Shown here: positions 1-8,101 of the stretch, piece after piece
Layout: each line of letters opens with the position of its first letter
Numbering within the stretch: position 1 is the first letter of the stretch
Assembly (NCBI RefSeq): GCF_006345805.1
Contig: NW_021825951.1
Coordinates: 1-13,893, forward strand
Direction of reading: 5' to 3'
Origin: Octopus sinensis
Lineage: Eukaryota
DNA: 13,893 nt
Translations under genes and position numbers: made by a program
The notes under the pieces: generated by a model
What the model was told of the DNA's origin: nothing
What the model saw: the letters and a program-made list of their open reading frames with translations, nothing else
The model's database searches: none

Positions 1-49
1 AGAGTTGTAGTGATTATGACGGAGGGGGAGCGAAATGAGTTGGTTTTAT

Positions 50-445
50 AGAGAGAAGGTAAATAAGAGAGAAAAGGGGAGGGAAAGAGAGAGAGACTGT
101 TGGTAGAGGAGGTGGAGTGAGAGGAAGATGATTTATATCGAGAGAGGGAGTGAAAAATAAGTGAGAGAACATGAATGTGAAGCAAAGGATAGTGAAAAGA
201 GAGAGAGAGAAAGAGAAAAAGAAAGAGAGAGAGAGGGAGAGAGAAAGGAAGAAATTGAAAGGAAGAGAGAGGGAGAGGAATTTAGAGAGAGATGGAAAGT
301 AAAAAACAAAATGAGAAAGAGAGGGAAAGAAAGCGAGAGAAAAAGACAGAGATGGAGAGAAAGAGAGAGAGAGAGAGAAAGGAGAAGAGAAATAAGATGC
401 GAGGATAGGAGAGAGAAACTGAGGAAGGCGAGAGAAAAGAGAGTA
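50..445. repeat. GA-rich polypurine low-complexity tract
   Basis: Near-pure A/G sequence with degenerate (GA)n/(GAAA)n runs. It explains ORFs 161..457 (R/E/K-rich) and 133..558 (S/L/F-rich). Confidence 0.9.
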
Positions 446-727
446 AGACGCAAATGATAAAAATTACAGGTATTCGGTGTACCTGTAATCAGCTCCATCA
501 AACCCTGTCCATGGCACCGCCACCTCACCATCCTGTCCCATACCCCACCCTTCCACAATATCCTTTCCCCCAGGCCTCCATACCATCACTATGTTAAGGC
601 CTAGTTAGGCAATGTTAAAATGTATATACCCCTTATCTTATTTTGGACTGACGTGGGAGAGAGAGACAATGTTTTAGGGGATTAATATTTAGCCTGGTGC
701 TGTATGCATGTACGTCCAGGTATGTGT

Positions 728-755
728 TGTGTGTGTGTGTGTGTGTGTGTGTGTG
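728..755. repeat. (TG)n microsatellite
   Basis: Perfect TG run. Confidence 0.95.
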
Positions 756-1072
756 AACTTCGTAGTTTCCTTTAATGTAATGCCAGCTATTTGAAGTCCA
801 GTGTTTAGCTCGACATTCCGTTCCTATGCCCGCTTTGTCTTCTAATCATATTAACCATGTAAAAGCAGTCCAGATTATTAAAAACACGAGTCCCATAATA
901 TTTGAATAATGACAGAAACGAGTTATTGGCGTTTCGAATACATCTAATGATACACGTGTTTCAAAGGGTAACGTAACGAGTGGTTACGCAGTTATCCACT
1001 TACCACGGTCACTTCAAACAAAGAAAATGAATAACGGCGCAACCCCTTATTATGTAACCACTTGAAAGATGG

Positions 1073-1073
<1 letters not shown>

Positions 1074-1112
<39 letters not shown>
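1074..1112. repeat. (TA)n microsatellite
   Basis: Perfect TA run abutting the fold-back element at 1111. Confidence 0.95.
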
Positions 1113-1117
<5 letters not shown>

Positions 1118-1296
1118 GAAGTAAGGTACTCAGAAATCTGGATGGTTTTACATTTACAGATTTTTATTAATATGTCACATGCATTTATAAATCATATATT
1201 AGCGCTTGCGTCTACTCTAGTAGAATCTCCAGATTATAAAAACATGTAACATAAAGTAAAACTATCCAGATTTCCGAGTACCTTATTTCTTCTAAT
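1111..1296. mobile_element. Small fold-back element in (TA)n context (MITE-like or inverted PLE terminus)
   Basis: 1111-1151 is the reverse complement of 1256-1296 at 38/41 positions. A second inner pairing joins ~1171-1193 and ~1232-1253. TA repeats flank both sides. Confidence 0.65.
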
Positions 1297-1457
1297 ATAT
1301 AATACCTGTACATCACCTCCAAACCTTCTAATATATATATTGTATGTAACAGTTGCCAGGAATGTGTTTCCCTATGTAAATTTGTCAATCCAGTTGTGTT
1401 ATACAGCTAAACTTAGTGGGTATTCAAGCAATGTGTTCTTGGATAGTTGATAGATTG

Positions 1458-1511
1458 GATGTGGCGCTGACGAGAGAGCAATGATTCTTGAAATGTGCAT
1501 ATATACCCATT
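1458..1511 (+). ncRNA. Candidate degenerate type I minimal hammerhead ribozyme
   Basis: CTGACGA (1467-1473); stem II GAGAG/TTCTT (1474-78/1485-89, two G-U); GAAA (1490-93); self-complementary AUGUGCAUAU (1493-1502); AUA triplet with putative cleavage after 1503; imperfect stem I (1458-66 with 1504-11). Confidence 0.45.
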
Positions 1512-1607
1512 ACCTATTTTTTCTATTTTCGATCGCATTGTTTACATAGACATATTCGTTTACGAAATGTCGTAACTTGCGAGGGTGGCTCTGAATTCTA
1601 TAGAGAA

Positions 1608-1801
1608 TAAAAACGGAGAATGTACAAGCAAACGTACGGTATCACTTTAGAGTATTCAATTCATAATTTAGACACAGTGTCAAGTTATAGGAAAGACTCT
1701 TACAGCTGTTCCTAGAATAGCTAAGCCTATGAATCTTTTATCAAGTAAAGATTTCCACGCCAGGTAAGTATTCCGTCTTCGGAGAGAGAGAAATAAGGTA
1801 C
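1608..1801 (+). repeat. Left arm of a ~190-bp diverged inverted repeat (PLE pseudo-LTR-like)
   Basis: 1608-1790 aligns to the reverse complement of 3101-3293 at roughly three-quarters identity by eye. It ends in AGAAATAAGGTAC (1789-1801). Confidence 0.75.
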
Positions 1802-1837
1802 ATCCTTAAGCCAGAATATTATTAGTTACCAGCTCAT

Positions 1838-1973
1838 TGAGGGATAAAGGAGTGTCCAAAGTAAAAGATGGTATTGGTCGATAGATATCATTTATTATGA
1901 ATCTCCTTAATCCTTCCATCATGGATCTACTGACCGATACCATCTTTTACTTTGGACACTCCTTAATCCCTCA
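1838..1973. repeat. Hairpin / inverted repeat with ~53-bp arms
   Basis: TGAGGGATAAAGGAGTGTCCAAAGTAAAAGATGGTATTGGTCGATAGATATCAT (1838-1891) matches the reverse complement of 1921-1973 with a handful of differences; spacer is 29 nt. Confidence 0.9.
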
Positions 1974-1994
1974 CTGAACTGTAATTAATAATAT

Positions 1995-3076
1995 TGTTAC
2001 GAGGGGACCTCCGAAAACTGTACGGAATCCCTCAGACAGGCCCGACTCGATCAGCGAACGTTCTCGCCACGGAAACTCGTCGGAGAGAGGAGAGGCGAGA
2101 CACAACCGCAGCAAAGCAACAGAGACACAGAGACACAACCCGAGAGAGACACCAAAAGAGGCAAGGCAAAACGGCAACACTGGCTTACATTCAACAACTA
2201 GTTTATATGACAATCAATGGTTACAACATCAAAGCATTTAAGGCAAACAACAAATCAATGCATCATACGGGTATACCACAGATTAAAGCATTTAACAACA
2301 TACATGTAACAATATATCAGTGCGGAGACACAGCAAGTCATATACAGTATTCCAAAGGAACACGTTACGTCACAGTCCAATCAGAACACTATAATCGATA
2401 CATTATACAATGTTCGTATCACAACAATTCACGTTACAGTTCACAAAGTTCATTATCGTCTACATCAGAGTCCTTCTTTTCTCTCTTCTTTTCTCTTTCT
2501 TTTCTTTACATCGTAACACGTATCAATACAATTAAAACCTTAATTCTAATTGAATCGCCAGTGTCCCAATATTGCACCTCATCTCTCCGTACCGCTAATT
2601 CCTCTGTACATATTTCCCTCTGTGCCGCCAAGCTCTCGCATCCCAACTTGCTCCTAAAATTCCAACTCCTTGCCGACTTCCAGAATCCGACTGTCCTTCT
2701 TCGACGACCGACTCCAACTGCCAAGACCTCACTTCCTCTCTAACTGCCCTGCTCCCTTACTGCCTATCTCTATCGCCTCAATCTGTCCCTAGCCTTATAC
2801 TCTATCTCTCTCACTACTTTTCTTCTCTCTGCCCCTCATGCTCTCTTACTGCCAACACCCTCTCCATCTGTCTTAGATTCCTTACTCTATCTTTTTCTAC
2901 TACTTACTACTACTTCTATTCTTCCTCACATATTCAAGGGGTGTCTACGACCCCTAATTCACCGAAAGGGGTCGCAGAGTTTACCCAGAACCGATCAATC
3001 CACCTGAATCTGACAGGACAATGGGTTTATCCCAAAAGTAGGTCAAGAAGTACCGTGAACTGAACTATTCACAACA
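1995..3076 (-). mobile_element. Solo LTR of a Gypsy-like LTR retrotransposon (1082 bp)
   Basis: TG...CA termini (TGTTACGA at 1995 and TCACAACA ending at 3076; 6/8 inverted match) flanked by a 4-bp direct repeat ATAT (1991-1994 and 3077-3080). Composition shifts sharply from the flanks. A minus-strand TATAAA at 2207-2202 suggests minus orientation. No PBS, PPT or internal domain is adjacent. Confidence 0.7.
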
Positions 3077-3100
3077 ATATATTAGATTACAAATATTCCT

Positions 3101-3293
3101 TCTCTCTCTCTCCGATGACGGTATACTTTGCTGACGTAGAAATCTTTGCTCAATAATACAAGATTCATGGGCTTAATTATTCTAGAAACAGCTGTAAGGA
3201 ACTTAACAATAACTCCTCTGAATTATGTCTAGATTATAAATTAAAAGCTCTAAAGCGATACCATATGTCTTGCTTTTTTATTCTCTGTTTTTA
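3101..3293 (-). repeat. Right arm of the ~190-bp diverged inverted repeat
   Basis: Its reverse complement aligns to 1608-1790, with shared blocks such as GGTATC.CTTTAGAG, CTTACAGCTGTT.CTAGAATA, ATGAATCTT, AAAGATTTC and TCGGAGAGAGAG. Confidence 0.75.
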
Positions 3294-3952
3294 ATATATA
3301 TCTATCCTCTTAAGGACGGACTACTTCTAACCATCTTCGACAGGTAACTTCAACCCTACATTTTCTCAGTTTGGTTCACCACTAGAACCTGAGTTTTAAT
3401 GGTAAATCAAAATGAACGCTAACAATACACACCTGTCGTTTTGCGTCATCAGAGGTAAACTCTTTGTATGTATACGCATGTGTATGTAGTGTGGCTATGT
3501 GTACATGTGTTCTATACGTTTACACCATGTTTCTATACAGGGCATCAATCGTGTGCTGTGCGCATGATTGAAAAACTGGGCGCGAAACGAATACTGGGTA
3601 TATGTTCGTTTATTTTAAACATGTAGCTGTCTATATGCATATATATATATAAGTATAAAATCATTAATTTAAAATAAAATAACGATTTTATCAAGTGGCC
3701 TGCATGGAAAAAAATAACCTTCAAAGGTAATAATTATTAAAATTCTAAATTAGGGTATCTACGAGATACTGGCATGCTGAAAATAGCAGCCATGATCTGA
3801 CTCTAAAACCACCTTAATTGTCCATATCGGAAACACGGAGAGAAAACAAAGAGACAAGATGAAACTAGTAAAAAATTACTGGATTTCTGACTTCGCATTT
3901 AGGAATGCTTTGCCTCGTCAGTAGAATACACACAGAAAAGAAACATAAATAC

Positions 3953-3998
3953 ATATATATATATAAACACAACATACGAATACTTACATATACGAACG

Positions 3999-4029
<31 letters not shown>

Positions 4030-4345
4030 GTATGCATATATATAATTTTTATAATTATATATATATATGTGTGTGTGTGTGTATGTGTGTGTGTGTGTGT
4101 GTGTATATCCATATTACACTCACATACACACATACACACATACACATATATATATATGTACATACATGTTATACGTGCACACACATACGCGCACATATAT
4201 ATCGACAGTGCACACACACACGACGTACACATCTAAACACATATGCATGTATATGTATGTATATCAGTGTGAGTATGCATACATACGTTTCCGTGCATTT
4301 GCGTATTTGTGTGTGTGTTTCTGTATGTGTGTGTGTGTTACATTT
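3953..4345. repeat. Compound (TA)n/(TG)n/(CA)n microsatellite block
   Basis: Directly visible; source of ORFs 3984..4390. Confidence 0.95.
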
Positions 4346-4552
4346 ATGGAAGAATGTGTAAGTGTGTGTAGAAGAGCGTTGTGTATATAGAGGCGTCGTT
4401 GTGTAGAGATGTGGATGGATCTTGTCTGTTGTGTCACGAGATTAAGTGAGAAAGATTTTAGGCAATAAGGAGAGAAACAGACAAGGAATCCTTGTTGTTT
4501 ACTGAAATATGGATAAATAACAGCTTCAACCTGTTTGTGGATGAAGTAAAAT

Positions 4553-4877
4553 ATACTGGTCCTCCGTCGGTAACGACGACTAGTGTTTCATTTGATCCGA
4601 TCAATGCAACAGCCTGCTCAGGAAATTTATACGCAAGTGGTTGAGCATTCCACAGACATGCTTACCCTTAAAGTGGTTCTCGGGGAGATTGAGCGTAACA
4701 CAGAATGGGACAAGGCTGGCCCCTTTGAATTACGGGTACAATTCATTTTTGTCCGCTGAGTGGACTGGAGCTATGTGAAATAAAGTGTCTTGCTCAAGGA
4801 CACAGCGCGTCGCCGGGAATTGAACTCGCAACTTTGCGATCGTGAACCAAGTACTTAAATCTCTAACCACTAAGCCA
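4553..4877 (-). mobile_element. tRNA-derived SINE, family B (CORE-like central domain)
   Basis: The minus strand begins TGGCTTAGTGG (A box), has GAGTTCAATTCCC (B box), then GTGTCCTTGAGCAAGACACTTTATTTCAC, which resembles the CORE domain. The first few head nucleotides are missing. Confidence 0.8.
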
Positions 4878-4878
4878 A

Positions 4879-5091
4879 TCTTTTCTATTCTAGGCACAAA
4901 GCCAAAAATTTTGGGGGAGGGGACCAGTCGATTAGATCGACCCCAGTACGCAACTGGTACTTAATTTATCGACCCCGAAAGGATGAATGGCGAATTCGAC
5001 CTCGGCGGAATTTGAACTCAGAACGTAAAGACAGACGAAATACTGCTAAGCATTTCGCCCGGCGTGCTAACGGTTTTGCTAGCTCGCCACC
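4879..5091 (-). mobile_element. tRNA-derived SINE, family A (Deu/Nin-like core), near full length
   Basis: The minus strand reads GGTGGCGAGCTAGC...GAGTTCAAATTCC (B box, 5017-5007)...TTCATCCTTTCGGGGTCGATAAATTAAGTACC. It is homologous to the copies at 10267, 10838 and 11618. Confidence 0.85.
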
Positions 5092-5176
5092 TTAGAAGTA
5101 TCCAATATCAATTGTGTCCATTTTTATTTTTATATCATTTCTGCTCCGCAACATTATCCAAGCTTTTATTTTCAGT

Positions 5177-5545
5177 AGTGTTACAAGAAGGAAAAGTTCA
5201 ACCAGCACTTTAATCTAGTCACTGGAATTCTTAAGAAGTAGAACCAGAGTTCGTAAAGTATTGGCAGAAACAGTTAAGAAGAGTTTCAAATGGATTTGGT
5301 CAAGGAGGAATGGAAGTGAATTTTGGAAAACATAATTTGTTTTTCGAGTCAAGTGACATCTTAGAGTGAACTGGTTACAACAACTAACACACCTTGGCTC
5401 TGGGGGTACCTTAGCCATTCAGGAGATTTGCAATGCACACAATAGCACAAAATGTGGCTGCAGTGGAGTGCCCAGGAGTGTAAAGAGTTAAGGGCCAAAA
5501 TACTTGCTTGAGGACGGAGAGGCCTTTTCTCTGAAAACCTTTTGT
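5177..5545 (+). mobile_element. Possible 3' fragment of a HERO/NeSL-type RLE non-LTR retrotransposon (ORF C-terminus plus 3'UTR)
   Basis: 5219-5335 reads SLEFLRSRTRVRKVLAETVKKSFKWIWSRRNGSEFWKT*, resembling the L(A/S)E.AE..S.W(I/L)W.RR...W C-terminus I recall for this clade. There is an in-frame stop at 5216-5218. Confidence 0.4.
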
Positions 5546-5706
5546 TGTTCTGCTATTTCCAGAGTTTCTCATTCTCTAGTAACAAGATTTTTTATTTTAT
5601 ACAAATGTCCTTCTCTCAACTTCTTTTTATCATTTATCTTTTATGGTGCACAGCACCATAGTGTTGTGTAATAAGACACAGCACTATATTTTAAAGGTTT
5701 ATGAGT

Positions 5707-5910
5707 TTTTTTTACTTATTCGACTGCGGCCAAGCTGGAACACCGTCTTCAAGAGTTTAGTGGTACAAATCAGTCCCGGTACTTATTCTATCAGTCACTT
5801 TTGCCGAAGCACTAAGTCACGGGAGCGTAAACAAATACCAGTTGTCAAGCGGTGGCGATGGAAGACAACAAACACAAACACAAACACACAAACATAAATG
5901 CCGAGCTTCG
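5707..5910 (-). mobile_element. SINE family C, diverged 3' half only
   Basis: GACTGCGGCCAAGCTGGAACACC...ACTTATTCTATCAGTC...TTTGCCGAAGCACTAAG...GTTGTCAAGCG matches 13382-13590. Confidence 0.75.
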
Positions 5911-5977
5911 ATGGTTTTCAATGACGTAATTTTGACTGAGTCTTTTTATTTTAAGCCACAACATTTCTACAAAATAT

Positions 5978-6109
5978 TGTGGCTTTGCGCAAAGAAGTTT
6001 ACTTCTCAACCACATGGTTTCGGGTTCAGTCCCACAGCGTGGCACCTTAGCTGTTTTTATTATATCTTTTGAGTGGGTTTGGTTGGCAAAAACTGAAAGA
6101 AGCCCATCG

Positions 6110-6178
<69 letters not shown>

Positions 6179-6400
6179 GCGCACGTGCGTGTCAGTATTT
6201 GTTTTCGTCCCCCATCATCGCTTGACCAGTTTGTGGTTTGTTTACGTCCCTGTAACTTAGCGGTTCAGCAAAAAGAGACCGATAGAATAAGTATCAGCCT
6301 TAGGAAAAGAAGTCCTGGGATCGATTCGTTCCACTAAAACCCTCGAAGGGATTGCTCCAGCATGGCCATAGACCAATGACTGAAACAACTAAAAGATAAA
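5978..6400 (+). mobile_element. SINE family C copy with internal (TA)n (6110-6174)
   Basis: The head CCACATGGTTTCGGGTTCAGTCCC...AACTGAAAGAAGCCCATCG is partly deleted. It is followed by (TA)n and then the 3' half (6185-6400), homologous to 9064-9271. Confidence 0.8.
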
Positions 6401-6420
6401 TGACAAAAGCTCTTTTGTAT

Positions 6421-6570
6421 TTTCCGCGTACGCTTTTCTAACGCCATCCTATCCACGAGAAAGAACGCCATTTTGTCTCGTCGTTTTAGAAACTAACAAC
6501 ATCGAGTGAAGTCGATCACTAAACGAGATATAATCGCGACTGAATGTTGTAAACCGAACCGAACCAATCC
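6421..6570. promoter_or_regulatory. CpG-rich unique patch with YY1-like motifs (possible promoter)
   Basis: About 15 CpG in ~150 bp. CGCCATTTTG lies at 6466-6475 and CGCCATC at 6442-6448. Composition only; no direct functional evidence. Confidence 0.25.
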
Positions 6571-6822
6571 CAACACTTCCATTAATTAAATCTTTATTTT
6601 TCTACTTGCCTCAGACTTCTCTTTGCAGGAACAATATTCTATTTCTTCTTTAATTCTTTTATCCATTTTTATCTTTTCTCTTTTCATTTTCTGTTGCTTC
6701 TTAATATCAGGAATGTTCTAAAAACCATTTTCAGTAGGAGAATCTTATCTTTCCCTTTTCTTTTTATATAACCATTTTTTTTTGTTTGTTAAGGTTACTA
6801 GCTGCTGTCTTTCATTCTTCAG

Positions 6823-6880
6823 CTAATGTATACGCGACTGGAATCTATCTACACCAGTTGACATGGAAAACATCATTAAA
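6823..6880 (+). other. Candidate 58-nt exon
   Basis: Acceptor TCTTTCATTCTTCAG| at 6822 and donor AAA|GTATGT at 6881. It contains GACATGG (ATG 6863, MENIIK, phase 0). Another frame is fully open (NVYATGIYLHQLTWKTSL). Confidence 0.3.
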
Positions 6881-6957
6881 GTATGTCACAATGTAATATT
6901 CTCTGAGAAACATCAAATTTCCCATCCCTCCTTGTGTTTCCCCTTATCTCTCAACAC

Positions 6958-6978
6958 ACTTACTCACACACACGTGCA

Positions 6979-7015
<37 letters not shown>

Positions 7016-7121
7016 ACACACCCACACACACACACTCACACAAATATTCACATGTACATACACACATATACATAAACTCTCAAACACATACGCTCTGAAA
7101 TACAACCTTACACGCAGGCCA

Positions 7122-7164
<43 letters not shown>

Positions 7165-7286
7165 GAACACATTTCATATAAACAATTGACAGAAGTTGCA
7201 ACAACTTCTGCCGATTGTTTATAAAAGAAAACCGTGTATATACTCGTGTTAGGAGTTCTATTTTCTTGTTTGCATCACCAAAACTG

Positions 7287-7327
<41 letters not shown>

Positions 7328-7436
7328 GTACCTCTATATATCTGTCTATCTGTCTTTATATTTACATAGATACGTGCGGGTATACACACACCATACATAC
7401 ATACAAACAAACTTAAATACATATATACATATACAC

Positions 7437-7496
<60 letters not shown>

Positions 7497-7560
7497 ATAT
7501 ATATATATATATATGTATGTATGTATACACAGATAGATAGAGAGATAGATGCACACACAG
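6958..7560. repeat. Compound (CA)n, (TA)n, (TGTC)n/(TC)n, (GATA)n microsatellite region
   Basis: Directly visible: (TA)n 7124-7163, (TGTC)/(TC) ~7285-7330, long TA ~7440-7515. Confidence 0.9.
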
Positions 7561-7697
7561 ACAACACCCATCCACGTATAGTTTACGCCCCACGCCAGCC
7601 TTCGACTTTTTATATTCAAGGAAATGTTTAACCCAATAATTACATGCTATTATTTATAGCTTTATTTACTTCGAGTTCTACATTTAAAAACGAATCA

Positions 7698-7778
7698 CAT
7701 ACGTACATACGTGCACACATACATACATACATACATACATACATACATACATACATACACACACATGCATACATACAT

Positions 7779-7809
<31 letters not shown>

Positions 7810-7829
7810 TACATACATACATACATACA

Positions 7830-7858
<29 letters not shown>
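7698..7858. repeat. (CATA)n tetranucleotide array
   Basis: Directly visible; source of the MYVC/HTYI ORFs. Confidence 0.95.
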
Positions 7859-7861
<3 letters not shown>

Positions 7862-7964
7862 CATGAGCATGTCTGGATATGCAACTATATGAATGAGAAT
7901 GCATACATTAAGCAAAACATGCAAATCTACACACATACATATATACTTACATACAAACAAAAAT

Positions 7965-8079
7965 ACCTTGTTGTTGATGTTGAAATTCAATGAAGTAGCC
8001 TTGGATCTAGGGTAGAAACCGCTTCTTTCTCTATTGGCAAGAAATCTTGAAATAAAACTGAACAATGTCATACATACAT
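7965..8079 (+). mobile_element. Probable short 3'-end fragment of a retroposon with a (CATA)n tail
   Basis: A unique-looking 115-bp segment ends in AATAAAACTGAACAATGTCATACATACAT and sits beside a (CATA)n array. I recall it as an octopus repeat (unverified). Confidence 0.35.
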
Positions 8080-8101
8080 TTATACAATATATTCTTTGAA
8101 A

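Noticed and set aside
419-440. CTGAGGA...GAAA hammerhead-like words (also 6816-6822 and 11405-11412, minus strand)
   Set aside because: No supporting stems; chance matches.
463-489. 10-bp hairpin ATTACAGGTA/TACCTGTAAT
   Set aside because: Real but short and isolated; nothing supports a function.
133-558. ORFs 133..558 (-) and 161..457 (+)
   Set aside because: They are translations of a GA-rich low-complexity tract with no domain content.
979-1064. GAGTGGTTAC / GTAACCACTT inverted match
   Set aside because: Only 9-10 bp with no TSD; insufficient to call an element.
1994-2743. 249-aa ORF on the + strand
   Set aside because: It lies within the solo LTR, is compositionally biased, and has no gag/pol/env motif.
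2506-2930. Apparent decayed coiled-coil ORF in the LTR (minus strand, includes ORF 2506..2724)
   Set aside because: Five stops in ~140 codons is close to random expectation; the R/E/K richness follows from purine bias.
3105-3170. CCGATGA...GAAATCTT...AAGATTC as a hammerhead (also in the left arm)
   Set aside because: The core is CCGA rather than CUGA in both copies, with no stem I and no convincing stem II.
4985-5091. tRNA genes at the A/B-box sites (also 8238-8291, 11620-11702, 13796-13806)
   Set aside because: No cloverleaf; these are SINE heads or a degenerate head fragment.
5176-5241. Possible terminal exon CYKKEKFNQHFNLVTGILKK* after TTTTATTTTCAG
   Set aside because: The peptide is unrecognised and has no supporting partner exon; the overlapping RLE-like frame explains the region better.
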